Source: Eledone cirrhosa (taxonomy: Eukaryota). From it: a stretch of DNA of 64,000 nucleotides. How positions within the stretch are numbered: the first letter of the stretch is position 1; every line of letters starts with the position of its first letter. A model generated the notes under the pieces. That model saw only the letters and a list, made by a program, of their open reading frames with translations, was not told the origin of the DNA and did not search any database. Position numbers and translations under genes: made by a program. The DNA lies in the NCBI GenBank assembly GCA_964016885.1, contig OZ024764.1, positions 18,786,001-18,850,000 on the forward strand. Direction: 5' to 3'. Of the stretch, positions 12,301 to 27,000 are shown in pieces.

Positions 12301-14032
12301 TACCCAGTCCACACTGTAAAGTGGTCATGTAGGTGTCACAACAAAAAGTACCCAGTCCACACTGTAAAGTGGTCATGTAGGTGTCACAACAAAAATACCC
12401 AGTCCACACTGTAAAGTGGTCATGTAGGTGTCACAACAAAAAGTACCCGGTCCACACTTTAAAGTTGTCATGTAGGTGTCACAACAAAAAGTACCCAGTC
12501 CACACTGTAATGTGGTCATGCAGATTTCACACCAAAAAGTACCCAGTCCACACTGTAATGTGGTCATATAGGTGTCACAACAAAAAGTACCCAGTCCACA
12601 CTGTAAAGTGGTCATGTAGGTGTCACAACAAAAAGTACCCAGTCCACACTGTCAAGTGGTCATGTAGGTGTCACAACAAAAAGTACCTTGTCCACACTGT
12701 AAAGTGGTCATGTAGCTGTCACAACAAAAAGTACCCAGTCCACACTGTAATGTGGTTATGCAGGTTTCACAACAAAAACTACCCAGTCCACACTGTAATC
12801 TGGTCATATAGGTGTCACAACAAAAAGTACCCAGTCCACACTGTAAAGTGGTCATGTAGGTGTCACAACAAAAAGTACCCAGTCCACACTGTAAAGTGGA
12901 CATGTAGGTGTCATGACAAAAAGTACCCAGTCCACACTGTAAAGTGGTCATGTAGGTGTCACAACAAAAAGTACACAGTCCACACTGTAAAGTGGTCATG
13001 TAGGTGTCACAACAAAAAGTACCCAGTCCACACTGTAAAGTGGTCATGTAGGTGTCACAACAAAAAGTACCCAGTCCACACTGTAAAGTGATCATGTAGG
13101 TGTCACAACAAAATATACCCAGTCCACACTGTAAAGTGGTCATGTAGGTGTCACAACAAAAAGTACCCAGTCCACACTGTAAAGTGGTCATGTAGGTGTC
13201 ACAACAAAAAGTACCCAGTCCACACTGTAAAGTGGTCATGTAGGTGTCACAACAAAAAGTACCCAGTCCACCCTGTAAAGTGGTCATATAGGTGTCACAA
13301 CAAAAAGTACCCAGTCCACCCTGAAAATGGGTATTGTTTGTGTCACAACAAAAAGTACCCAGTCCACACTGTAAAGTGGTCATGTATGTGTCACAACAAA
13401 AATTACCCAATCCACACTTTAAAGTGGTCATGTAGGTGTCACAACAAAAAGTACCCAATCCACACTGTAAAGAGGTCATGTTGGTGTCACAACAAAAAGT
13501 ACCCAGTCCACACTGTAAAGTGGTCATGTAGGTGTCACAACAAAAAGTACCCAGTCCACACTGTAAAGTGGTCATGTAGGTGTCACAACAAAAAGTACCC
13601 AGTCCACACTGTAAAGTGGTCATGTAGGTGTCACAACAAAAAGTACCCAGTCCACACTGTAAGGTGGTCATGTAGGTGTCACAACAAAATATACCCAGTC
13701 CACACTGTAAAGTGGTCATGTAGGTGTCACAACAAAAAGTACCCAGTCCACACTGTAAAGTGGTCATATATGTGCCACAACAAAAAGTACCCAGTCCACC
13801 CTGTAAAGTGGTCATGTATGTGTCACAACAAAAAGTACCCAGTCCACACTGTAAAGTGGTCATGTAGGTGTCACAACAAAAAGTACCCAGTCCACACTGT
13901 AAAGTGGTCATGTAGGTGTAACAACAAAATATACCCAGTCCACACTGTAAAGTGGTCATGTATGTGTCACAACAAAAAGTACCCAGTCCACACTGTAAAG
14001 TGGTCATGTAGGGGTCACAACAAAAAGTACCC

Positions 14033-17000
14033 AGTCCACACTGTAAAGTGGTCATGTAGGTGTCACAACAAAAAGTACCCAGTCCACACTGTAAAGTGGT
14101 CATGTAGGTGTAACAACAAAATATACCCAGTCCACACTGTAAAGTGGTCATGTAGGTGTCACAACAAAAAGTACCCAGTCCACACTTTAAAGTGGTCATG
14201 TAGGTGTCACAACAAAAAGTACCCAGTCCACACTGTAATGTGGTCATGCAGGTTTCACACCAAAAAGTACCCAGTCCACACTGTAATGTGGTCATATAGG
14301 TGTCACAACAAAAAGTACCCAGTCCACACTGTAAAGTGGACATGTAGGTGTCATGACAAAAAGTACCCAGTCCACACTGTAAAGTGGTCATATAGGTGTC
14401 ACAACAAAAAGTAACCAGTCCACACTGTAAAGTGGTCATGTAGGTGTCACAACAAAAAGTACCCAGTCCACACTGTAAAGTGGTCATGTAGGTGTCACAA
14501 CAAAAAGTACCCAGTCCACACTGTAAAGTGGTCATGTAGGTGTCACAACAAAATATACCCAGTCCACACTGTAAAGTGGTCATGTAGGTGTCACAACAAA
14601 AAGTACCCAGTCCACACTGTAAAGTGGTCATGTAGGTGTCACAACAAAAAGTACCCAGTCCACACTGTAAAGTAGTCATGTAGGTGTCACAACAAAAAGT
14701 ACCCAGTCCACCCTGTAAAGTGGTCATATATGTGTCACAACAAAAAGTACCCAGTCCACCCTTTAAAGTGGTCATGTATGTGTCACAACAAAAAGTACCC
14801 AGTCCACACTGTAAAGTGGTCATGTAGGTGTCACAACAAAAAGTACCCAGTCCACACTGTAAAGTGGTCATGTAGGTGTCACAACAAAAATACCCAGTCC
14901 ACACTGTAAAGTGGTCATGTAGGTGTCACAACAAAAAGTACCCGGTCCACACTGTAAAGTGGTCATGTAGGTGTCACAACAAAAAGTACCCAGTCCACCC
15001 TGTAAAGTGGTCATATAGGTGTCACAACAAAAAGTACCCAGTCCACCCTGTAAAGTGGTCATGTATGTGTCACAACAAAAAGTACCCAGTCCACACTGTA
15101 AAGTGGTCATGTATGTGTCACAACAAAAAGTACCCAGTCCACACTTTAAAGTTGTCATGTAGGTGTCACAACAAAAAGTACCCAGTCCACACTGTAATGT
15201 GGTCATGCAGGTTTCACACCAAAAAGTACCCAGTCCACACTGTAATGTGGTCATATAGGTGTCACAACAAAAAGTACCCAGTCCACACTGTAAAGTGGTC
15301 ATGTAGGTGTCACAACAAAAAGTACCCAGTCCACACTGTCAAGTGGTCATGTAGGTGTCACAACAAAAAGTACCTAGTCCACACTGTAAAGTGGTCATGT
15401 AGCTGTCACAACAAAAAGTACCCAGTCCACACTGTAATGTGGTCATGCAGGTTTCACAACAAAAAGTACCCAGTCCACACTGTAATGTGGTCATATAGGT
15501 GTCACAACAAAAAGTACCCAGTCCACACTGTAACGTGGTCATGTAGGTGTCACAACAAAAAGTACCCAGTCCACACTGTAAAGTGGACATGTAGGTGTCA
15601 TGACAAAAAGTACCCAGTCCACACTGTAAAGTGGTCATGTAGGTGTCACAACAAAAAGTACACAGTCCACACTGTAAAGTGGTGATGTAGGTGTCACAAC
15701 AAAAAGTACCTAGTCCACACTGTAAAGTGGTCATGTAGGTGTCACAACAAAAAGTACCCAGTCCACACTGTAAAGTGGTCATGTAGGTGTAACAACAAAA
15801 TATACCCAGTCCACACTGTAAAGTGGTCATGTAGGTGTCACAACAAAAAGTACCCAGTCCACACTTTAAAGTGGTCATGTAGGTGTCACAACAAAAAGTA
15901 CCCAGTCCACACTGTAATGTGGTCATGCAGGTTTCACACCAAAAAGTACCCAGTCCACACTGTAATGTGGTCATATAGGTGTCACAACAAAAAGTACCCA
16001 GTCCACACTGTAAAGTGGACATGTAGGTGTCATGACAAAAAGTACCCAGTCCACACTGTAAAGTGGTCATATAGGTGTCACAACAAAAAGTAACCAGTCC
16101 ACACTGTAAAGTGGTCATGTAGGTGTCACAACAAAAAGTACCCAGTCCACACTGTAAAGTGGTCATGTAGGTGTCACAACAAAAAGTACCCAGTCCACAC
16201 TGTAAAGTGGTCATGTAGGTGTCACAACAAAATATACCCAGTCCACACTGTAAAGTGGTCATGTAGGTGTCACAACAAAAAGTACCCAGTCCACACTGTA
16301 AAGTGGTCATGTAGGTGTCACAACAAAAAGTACCCAGTCCACACTGTAAAGTAGTCATGTAGGTGTCACAACAAAAAGTACCCAGTCCACCCTGTAAAGT
16401 GGTCATATATGTGTCACAACAAAAAGTACCCAGTCCACCCTTTAAAGTGGTCATGTATGTGTCACAACAAAAAGTACCCAGTCCACACTGTAAAGTGGTC
16501 ATGTAGGTGTCACAACAAAAAGTACCCAGTCCACACTGTAAAGTGGTCATGTAGGTGTCACAACAAAAATACCCAGTCCACACTGTAAAGTGGTCATGTA
16601 GGTGTCACAACAAAAAGTACCCGGTCCACACTGTAAAGTGGTCATGTAGGTGTCACAACAAAAAGTACCCAGTCCACCCTGTAAAGTGGTCATATAGGTG
16701 TCACAACAAAAAGTACCCAGTCCACCCTGTAAAGTGGTCATGTATGTGTCACAACAAAAAGTACCCAGTCCACACTGTAAAGTGGTCATGTATGTGTCAC
16801 AACAAAAAGTACCCAGTCCACACTTTAAAGTTGTCATGTAGGTGTCACAACAAAAAGTACCCAGTCCACACTGTAATGTGGTCATGCAGGTTTCACACCA
16901 AAAAGTACCCAGTCCACACTGTAATGTGGTCATATAGGTGTCACAACAAAAAGTACCCAGTCCACACTGTAAAGTGGTCATGTAGGTGTCACAACAAAAA

Positions 17001-17469
17001 GTACCCAGTCCACACTGTCAAGTGGTCATGTAGGTGTCACAACAAAAAGTACCTAGTCCACACTGTAAAGTGGTCATGTAGCTGTCACAACAAAAAGTAC
17101 CCAGTCCACACTGTAATGTGGTCATGCAGGTTTCACAACAAAAAGTACCCAGTCCACACTGTAATGTGGTCATATAGGTGTCACAACAAAAAGTACCCAG
17201 TCCACACTGTAACGTGGTCATGTAGGTGTCACAACAAAAAGTACCCAGTCCACACTGTAAAGTGGACATGTAGGTGTCATGACAAAAAGTACCCAGTCCA
17301 CACTGTAAAGTGGTCATGTAGGTGTCACAACAAAAAGTACACAGTCCACACTGTAAAGTGGTGATGTAGGTGTCACAACAAAAAGTACCTAGTCCACACT
17401 GTAAAGTGGTCATGTAGGTGTCACAACAAAAAGTACCCAGTCCACACTGTAAAGTGGTCATGTAGGTGT
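14033..17469. repeat. Tandem higher-order duplication, period 1679 bp (35 monomers, one of 47 bp)
   Basis: Identical ORFs at 14876 and 16555 and at 14868 and 16547; shared rare CCCTTTAAAG and AGTAGTC variants. Confidence 0.88.
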
Positions 17470-20400
17470 CACAACAAAATATACCCAGTCCACACTGTAA
17501 AGTGGTCATGTAGGTGTCACAACAAAAAGTACCCAGTCCACACTGTAAAGTGGTCATGTAGGTGTCACAACAAAAAGTACCCAGTCCACACTGTAAAGTG
17601 GTCATGTAGGTGTCACAACAAAAAGTACCCAGTCCACCCTGTAAAGTGGTCATATAGGTGTCACAACAAAAAGTACCCAGTCCACCCTGAAAATGGGTAT
17701 TGTTTGTGTCACAACAAAAAGTACCCAGTCCACACTGTAAAGTGGTCATGTATGTGTCACAACAAAAAGTACCCAATCCACACTTTAAAGTGGTCATGTA
17801 GGTGTCACAACAAAAAGTACCCAGTCCACACTGTAATGTGGTCATGTAGGTGTCCCAACAAAAAGTACCCAGTCCACCCTGTAAAGTGGTCATGTAGGTG
17901 TCACGACAAAAAGTACCCAGTCCACACTGTAAAGTGGTCATGTAGGTGTCACAACAAAAAGTACCCAATCCACACTGTAAAGAGGTCATGTTGGTGTCAC
18001 AACAAAAAGTACCCAGTCCACACTGTAAAGTGGTCATGTAGGTGTCACAACAAAAAGTACCCAGTCCACACTGTAAAGTGGTCATGTAGGTGTCACAACA
18101 AAAAGTACCCAGTCCACACTGTAAAGTGGTCATGTAGGTGTCACAACAAAAAGTACCCAGTCCACACTGTAAAGTGGTCATGTAGGTGTCACAACAAAAT
18201 ATACCCAGTCCACACTGTAAAGTGGTCATGTAGGTGTCACAACAAAAAGTACCCAGTCCACACTGTAAAGTGGTCATGTAGGTGTCACAACAAAAAGTAC
18301 CCAGTCCGCCCTGTAAAGTGGTCATATATGTGTCACAACAAAAAGTACCCAGTCCACCCTGTAAAGTGGTCATGTATGTGTCACAACAAAATATACCCAG
18401 TCCACACTGTAAAGTGGTCATGTAGGTGTCACAACAAAAAGTACCCAGTCCACACTGTAAAGTGGTCATGTAGGTGTCACAACAAAAAGTACCCAATCCA
18501 CACTGTAAAGTGGTCATGTAGGTGTCACAACAAAAAGTACCCAGTCCACCCTGTAAAGTGGTCATATATGTGTCACAACAAAAAGTACCCAGTCCACCCT
18601 GTAAAGTGGTCATGTATGTGTCACAACAAAAAGTACCCAGTCCACACTGTAAAGTGGTCATGTAGGTGTCACAACAAAAAGTACCCAGTCCACACTGTAA
18701 AGTGGTCATGTAGGTGTAACAACAAAATATACCCAGTCCACACTGTAAAGTGGTCATGTATGTGTCACAACAAAAAGTACCCAGTCCACACTGTAAAGTG
18801 GTCATGTAGGGGTCACAACAAAAAGTACCCAGTCCACACTGTAAAGTGGTCATGTAGGTGTCACAACAAAAAGTACCCAGTCCACACTGTAAAGTGGTCA
18901 TGTAGGTGTCACAACAAAAAGTACCCAGTCCACACTGTAAAGTGGTCATGTAGGTGTAACAACAAAATATACCCAGTCCACACTGTAAAGTGGTCATGTA
19001 GGTGGCACAACAAAAAGTACCCAGTCCACACTTTAAAGTGGTCATGTAGGTGTCACAACAAAAAGTACCCAGTCCACACTGTAATGTGGTCATGCAGGTT
19101 TCACACCAAAAAGTACCCAGTCCACACTGTAATGTGGTCATATAGGTGTCACAACAAAAAGTACCCAGTCCACACTGTAAAGTGGACATGTAGGTGTCAT
19201 GACAAAAAGTACCCAGTCCACACTGTAAAGTGGTCATATAGGTGTCACAACAAAAAGTAACCAGTCCACACTGTAAAGTGGTCATGTAGGTGTCACAACA
19301 AAAAGTACCCAGTCCACACTGTAAAGTGGTCATGTAGGTGTCACAACAAAAAGTACCTAGTCCACACTGTAAAGTGGTCATGTAGGTGTCACAACAAAAT
19401 ATACCCAGTCCACACTGTAAAGTGGTCATGTAGGTGTCATAACAAAAAGTACCCAGTCCACACTGTAAAGTGGTCATGTAGGTGTCACAACAAAAAGTAC
19501 CCAGTCCACACTGTAAAGTAGTCATGTAGGTGTCACAACAAAAAGTACCCAGTCCACCCTGTAAAGTGGTCATATATGTGTCACAACAAAAAGTACCCAG
19601 TCCACCCTGTAAAGTGGTCATGTATGTGTCACAACAAAAAGTACCCAGTCCACACTGTAAAGTGGTCATGTAGGTGTCACAACAAAAAGTACCCAGTCCA
19701 CACTGTAAAGTGGTCATGTAGGTGTCACAACAAAAATACCCAGTCCACACTGTAAAGTGGTCATGTAGGTGTCACAACAAAAAGTACCCGGTCCACACTG
19801 TAAAGTGGTCATGTAGGTGTCACAACAAAAAGTACCCAGTCCACCCTGTAAAGTGGTCATATAGGTGTCACAACAAAAAGTACCCAGTCCACCCTGTAAA
19901 GTGGTCATGTATGTGTCACAACAAAAAGTACCCAGTCCACACTGTAAAGTGGTCATGTATGTGTCACAACAAAAAGTACCCAGTCCACACTTTAAAGTTG
20001 TCATGTAGGTGTCACAACAAAAAGTACCCAGTCCACACTGTAATGTGGTCATGCAGGTTTCACACCAAAAAGTACCCAGTCCACACTGTAATGTGGTCAT
20101 ATAGGTGTCACAACAAAAAGTACCCAGTCCACACTGTAAAGTGGTCATGTAGGTGTCACAACAAAAAGTACCCAGTCCACACTGTCAAGTGGTCATGTAG
20201 GTGTCACAACAAAAAGTACCTAGTCCACACTGTAAAGTGGTCATGTAGCTGTCACAACAAAAAGTACCCAGTCCACACTGTAATGTGGTCATGCAGGTTT
20301 CACAACAAAAAGTACCCAGTCCACACTGTAATGTGGTCATATAGGTGTCGCAACAAAAAGTACCCAGTCCACACTGTAACGTGGTCATGTAGGTGTCACA

Positions 20401-23400
20401 ACAAAAAGTACCCAGTCCACACTGTAAAGTGGACATGTAGGTGTCATGACAAAAAGTACCCAGTCCACACTGTAAAGTGGTCATGTAGGTGTCACAACAA
20501 AAAGTACACAGTCCACACTGTAAAGTGGTGATGTAGGTGTCACAACAAAAAGTACCTAGTCCACACTGTAAAGTGGTCATGTAGGTGTCACAACAAAAAG
20601 TACCCAGTCCACACTGTAAAGTGGTCATGTAGGTGTCACAACAAAATATACCCAGTCCACACTGTAAAGTGGTCATGTAGGTGTCACAACAAAAAGTACC
20701 CAGTCCACACTGTAAAGTGGTCATGTAGGTGTCACAACAAAAAGTACCCAGTCCACACTGTAAAGTGGTCATGTAGGTGTCACAACAAAAAGTACCCAGT
20801 CCACCCTGTAAAGTGGTCATATAGGTGTCACAACAAAAAGTACCCAGTCCACCCTGAAAATGGGTATTGTTTGTGTCACAACAAAAAGTACCCAGTCCAC
20901 ACTGTAAAGTGGTCATGTATGTGTCACAACAAAAAGTACCCAATCCACACTTTAAAGTGGTCATGTAGGTGTCACAACAAAAAGTACCCAGTCCACACTG
21001 TAATGTGGTCATGTAGGTGTCCCAACAAAAAGTACCCAGTCCACCCTGTAAAGTGGTCATGTAGGTGTCACGACAAAAAGTACCCAGTCCACACTGTAAA
21101 GTGGTCATGTAGGTGTCACAACAAAAAGTACCCAATCCACACTGTAAAGAGGTCATGTTGGTGTCACAACAAAAAGTACCCAGTCCACACTGTAAAGTGG
21201 TCATGTAGGTGTCACAACAAAAAGTACCCAGTCCACACTGTAAAGTGGTCATGTAGGTGTCACAACAAAAAGTACCCAGTCCACACTGTAAAGTGGTCAT
21301 GTAGGTGTCACAACAAAAAGTACCCAGTCCACACTGTAAAGTGGTCATGTAGGTGTCACAACAAAATATACCCAGTCCACACTGTAAAGTGGTCATGTAG
21401 GTGTCACAACAAAAAGTAACCAGTCCACACTGTAAAGTGGTCATGTAGGTGTCACAACAAAAAGTACCCAGTCCACCCTGTAAAGTGGTCATATATGTGT
21501 CACAACAAAAAGTACCCAGTCCACCCTGTAAAGTGGTCATGTATGTGTCACAACAAAAAGTACCCAGTCCACACTGTAAAGTGGTCATGTATGTGTCACA
21601 ACAAAAAGTACCCAGTCCACACTGTAAAGTGGTCATGTAGGTGTCACAACAAAAAGTACCCAGTCCACACTGTAAAGTGGTCATGTAGGTGTCACTACAA
21701 AAAGTACCCAGTCCACACTGTAAAGTGGTCATGTAGGTGTCACAACAAAAAGTACCCAGTCCACACTGTAAAGTGGTCATGTAGGTGGCACAACAAAATA
21801 TACCCAGTCCACACTGTAAAGTGGTCATGTAGGTGTCACAACAAAAAGTACCCAGTCCACACTGTAAAGTGGTCATGTAGGTGTCACAACAAAAAGTACC
21901 CAGTCCACACTGTAAAGTGGTCATGTAGGTGTCACAACAAAAAGTACCCAGTCCACACTGTAAAGTGGTCATGTAGGTGTCACAACAAAAAGTACCCAGT
22001 CCACCCTGTAAAGTGGTCATATATGTGTCACAACAAAAAGTACCCAGTCCACCCTGTGAAGTGGTCATGTATGTGTCACAACAAAAAGTACCCAGTCCAC
22101 ACTGTAAAGTGGTCATGTATGTGTGACAACAAAAAGTACCCAGTCCACACTGGAAAGTGGTCATGTAGGTGTCACAACAAAAAGTACCCAGTCCACACTG
22201 TAAAGTGGTCATGTAGGTGTCACAACAAAAGTAGCCAGTCCACACTGAAAAGTGGTCTTGTAGGTGTCACAACAAAAAGTACCCAGTCCACACTGTAAAG
22301 TGGTCAGGTAGGTGTCACAACAAAAAGTACCCAGTCCACACTGTAAAGTGGTCATGTAGGTGTCACAACAAAAAGTACCCAGTCCACACTGTAAAGTGGT
22401 CAGGTAGGTGTCACAACAAAAAGTACCCAGTCCACACTGTAAAGTGGTCATGTAGGTGTCACAACAAAAATTACCCAGCCCACACTGTAAAGTGGTCAGG
22501 TAGGTATCATGACAAAAAGTACCCAGTCCACACTGTAAAGTGGTCATGTAGGTATCATGACAAAAAGTACCCAGTCCACACTGTAAAGTGGTCATGTAGG
22601 TGTCACAACAAACAAAACCCAGTCCACACTGTAAAGTGGTCATGTATGTGTCACAACAAAAAGTACCCAGTCCACACTGTAAACTGGTCATGGAGGTGTC
22701 ACAACAAAAAGTACCCAGTCCACACTGTAAAGTTGTCATGTAGGTGTCATAACAAAAAGTACCCAGTCCACACTGTAAAGTGGTCAGGTAGGTGTCACAA
22801 CAAAAAGTACCCAGTCCACATTGTAAAGTGGTCATGTAGGTGTCACAACAAAAAGTACCCAGTCCACACTGTAAAGTGGTCAGGTAGGTGTCACAACAAA
22901 AAGTACCCAGTCCACACTGTAAAATGGTCATGTAGGTGTCACAACAAAAAGTACCCAGTCCACACTGTAAAGTGGTCATGTAGGTGTCACAACAAAATAT
23001 ACCCAGTCCACACTGTAAAGTGGTCATGTAGGTGTCACAACAAAAAGTACCCAGTCCACACTTTAAAGTGGTCATGTAGGTGTCACAACAAAAAGTACCC
23101 AGTCCACACTGTAATGTGGTCATGCAGGTTTCACACCAAAAAGTACCCAGTCCACACTGTAATGTGGTCATATAGGTGTCACAACAAAAAGTACCCAGTC
23201 CGCACTGTAAAGTGGTCATGTAGGTGTCACAACAAAATGTACCCAGTCCACACTGTAAAGTGGACATGTAGGTGTCATGACAAAAAGTACCCAGTCCACA
23301 CTGTAAAGTGGTCATGTAGGTGTCACAACAAAAAGTAACCAGTCCACACTGTAAAGTGGTCATGTAGGTGTCACAACAAAAAGTACCCAGTCCACACTGT

Positions 23401-24040
23401 AAAGTGGTCATGTAGGTGTCACAACAAAAAGTACCCAGTCCACACTGTAAAGTGGTCATGTAGGTGTCACAACAAAATATACCCAGTCCACACTGTAAAG
23501 TGGTCATGTAGGTGTCACAACAAAAAGTACCCAGTCCACACTATAAAGTGGTCATGTAGGTGTCACAACAAAAAGTACCCAGTCCACACTGTAAAGTGGT
23601 CATGTAGGTGTCACAACAAAAAGTACCCAGTCCACCCTGTAAAGTGGTCATATATGTGTCACAACAAAAAGTACCCAGTCCACCCTGTAAAGTGGTCATG
23701 TATGTGTCACAACAAAGAGTACCCAGTCCACACTGTAAAGTGGTCATGTAGGTGTCACAACAAAAAGTACCCAGTCCACACTGTAAAGTGGTCATGTAGG
23801 TGTCACAACAAAAAGTACCCAATCCACACTGTAAAGTGGTCATGTAGGTGTCACAACAAAAAGTACCCAGTCCACCCTGTAAAGTGGTCATATATGTGTC
23901 ACAACAAAAAGTACCCAGTCCACCCTGTAAAGTGGTCATGTATGTGTCACAACAAAAAGTACCCAGTCCACACTGTAAAGTGGTCATGTATGTGTCACAA
24001 CAAAAAGTACCCAGTCCACACTGTAAAGTGGTCATGTAGG

Positions 24041-27000
24041 TGTCACAACAAAAAGTACCCAGTCCACACTGTAAAGTGGTCATGTAGGTGTCACAACAAA
24101 AAGTACCCAGTCCACACTGTCAAGTGGTCATGTAGGTGTCACAACAAAAAGTACCTAGTCCACACTGTAAAGTGGTCATGTAGCTGTCACAACAAAAAGT
24201 ACCCAGTCCACACTGTAATGTGGTCATGCAGGTTTCACAACAAAAAGTACCCAGTCCACACTGTAAAGTGGTCATGTAGGTGTCACAACAAAAAGTACCC
24301 AGTCCACCCTGTAAAGTGGTCATGTAGGTGTCACGACAAAAAGTACACAGTCCACACTGTAAAGTGGTCATGTAGGTGTCACAACAAAAAGTACCCAATC
24401 CACACTGTAAAGAGGTCATGTTGGTGTCACAACAAAAAGTACCCAGTCCACACTGTCAAGTGGTCATGTAGGTGTCACAACAAAAAGTACCCAATCCACA
24501 CTGTAAAGTGGTCATGTAGGTGTCACAACAAAAAGTACCCAGTCCACCCTGTAAAGTGGTCATATATGTGTCACAACAAAAAGTACCCAGTCCACCCTGT
24601 AAAGTGGTCATATATGTGTCACAACAAAAAGTACCCAGTCCACCCTGTAAAGTGGTCATATATGTGTCACAACAAAAAGTACCCAGTCCACACTGTAAAG
24701 TGGTCATGTAGGTGTCACAACAAAAAGTACCCAGTCCACACTGTAAAGTGGTCATGTAGGTGTCACAACAAAAATACCCAGTCCACACTGTAAAGTGGTC
24801 ATGTAGGCGTCACAACAAAAAGTACCCGGTCCACACTGTAAAGTGGTCATATAGGTGTCACAACAAAAATACCCAGTCCACACTGTAAAGTGGTCATGTA
24901 GGTGTCACAACAAAAAGTACCCGGTCCACACTGTAAAGTGGTCATGTAGGTGTCACAACAAAAAGTACCCAGTCCACCCTGTAAAGTGGTCATATAGGTG
25001 TCACAACAAAAAGTACCCAGTCCACCCTGTAAAGTGGTCATGTATGTGTCACAACAAAAAGTACCCAGTCCACACTGTAAAGTGGTCATGTATGTGTCAC
25101 AACAAAAAGTACCCAGTCCACACTTTAAAGTTGTCATGTAGGTGTCACAACAAAAAGTACCCAGTCCACACTGTAATGTGGTCATGCAGGTTTCACACCA
25201 AAAATACCCAGTCCACACTGTAAAGTGGTCATGTAGGTGTCACAACAAAAAGTACCCAGTCCACACTGTAAAGTGGTCATGTAGGTGTCACAACAAAAAG
25301 TACCTAGTCCACACTGTAAAGTGGTCATGTAGCTGTCACAACAAAAAGTACCCAGTCCACACTGTAATGTGGTCATGCAGGTTTCACAACAAAAAGTACC
25401 CAGTCCACACTGTAATGTGGTCATGTAGGTGTCACAACAAAAAGTACCCAATCCACACTGTAAAGTGGTCATGTAGGTGTCACAACAAAAAGTACCCGGT
25501 CCACACTGTAAAGTGGTCATATAGGTGTCACAACAAAAATACCCAGTCCACACTGTAAAGTGGTCATGTAGGTGTCACAACAAAAAGTACCCGGTCCACA
25601 CTGTAAAGTGGTCATGTAGGTGTCACAACAAAAAGTACCCAGTCCACCCTGTAAAGTGGTCATATAGGTGTCACAACAAAAAGTACCCAGTCCACCCTGT
25701 AAAGTGGTCATGTATGTGTCACAACAAAAAGTACCCAGTCCACACTGTAAAGTGGTCATGTATGTGTCACAACAAAAAGTACCCAGTCCACACTTTAAAG
25801 TTGTCATGTAGGTGTCACAACAAAAAGTACCCAGTCCACACTGTAATGTGGTCATGCAGGTTTCACACCAAAAATACCCAGTCCACACTGTAAAGTGGTC
25901 ATGTAGGTGTCACAACAAAAAGTACCCAGTCCACACTGTAAAGTGGTCATGTAGGTGTCACAACAAAAAGTACCTAGTCCACACTGTAAAGTGGTCATGT
26001 AGCTGTCACAACAAAAAGTACCCAGTCCACACTGTAATGTGGTCATGCAGGTTTCACAACAAAAAGTACCCAGTCCACACTGTAAAGTGGTTATGTAGGT
26101 GTCACAACAAAAAGTACCCAGTCCACACTGTAAAGTGGACATGTAGGTGTCATGACAAAAAGTACCCAGTCCACACTGTAAAGTGGTCATGTAGGTGTCA
26201 CAATAAAAAGTACACAGTCCACACTGTAAAGTGGTCATGTAGGTGTCACAACAAAAAGTACCTAGTCCACACTGTAAAGTGGTCATGTAGGTGTCACAAC
26301 AAAAAGTACCCAGTCCACACTGTAAAGTGGTCATGTAGGTGTCACAACAAAATATACCCAGTCCACACTGTAAAGTGGTCATGTAGGTGTCACAACAAAA
26401 AGTACCCAGTCCACACTGTAAAGTGGTCATGTAGGTGTCACAACAAAAAGTACCCAGTCCACACTGTAAAGTGGTCATGTAGGTGTCACAACAAAAAGTA
26501 CCCAGTCCACCCTGTAAAGTGGTCATATAGGTGTCACAACAAAAAGTACCCAGTCCACCCTGAAAATGGGTATTGTTTGTGTCACAACAAAAAGTACCCA
26601 GTCCACACTGTAAAGTGGTCATGTATGTGTCACAACAAAAAGTACCCAATCCACACTTTAAAGTGGTCATGTAGGTGTCACAACAAAAAGTACCCAGTCC
26701 ACACTGTAATGTGGTCATGTAGGTGTCACGACAAAAAGTACCCAGTCCACACTGTAAAGTGGTCATGTAGGTGTCACAACAAAAAGTACCCAGTCCACAC
26801 TGTAAAGTGGTCATGTAGGTGTCACAACAAAATATACCCAGTCCACACTGTAAAGTGGTCATGTAGGTGTCACAACAAAAAGTACCCAGTCCACACTGTA
26901 AAGTGGTCATGTAGGTGTCACAACAAAAAGTACCCAATCCACACTGTAAAGTGGTCATGTAGGTGTCACAACAAAAAGTACCCAGTCCACCCTGTAAAGT

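Larger units (their letters stand above)
1..25000. repeat. Degenerate large higher-order duplication, period about 12.5-12.7 kb
   Basis: Rare markers recur: AAAAACTAC...AATCTGG at 63 and 12779 (offset 12716 = 265x48-4); the divergent island at about 9.75 and 22.2 kb; ACAAACAAAACCCA at 10037 and 22608; AAAGAGTAC at about 11191 and 23714. Internal copy numbers differ between the two copies. Confidence 0.75.
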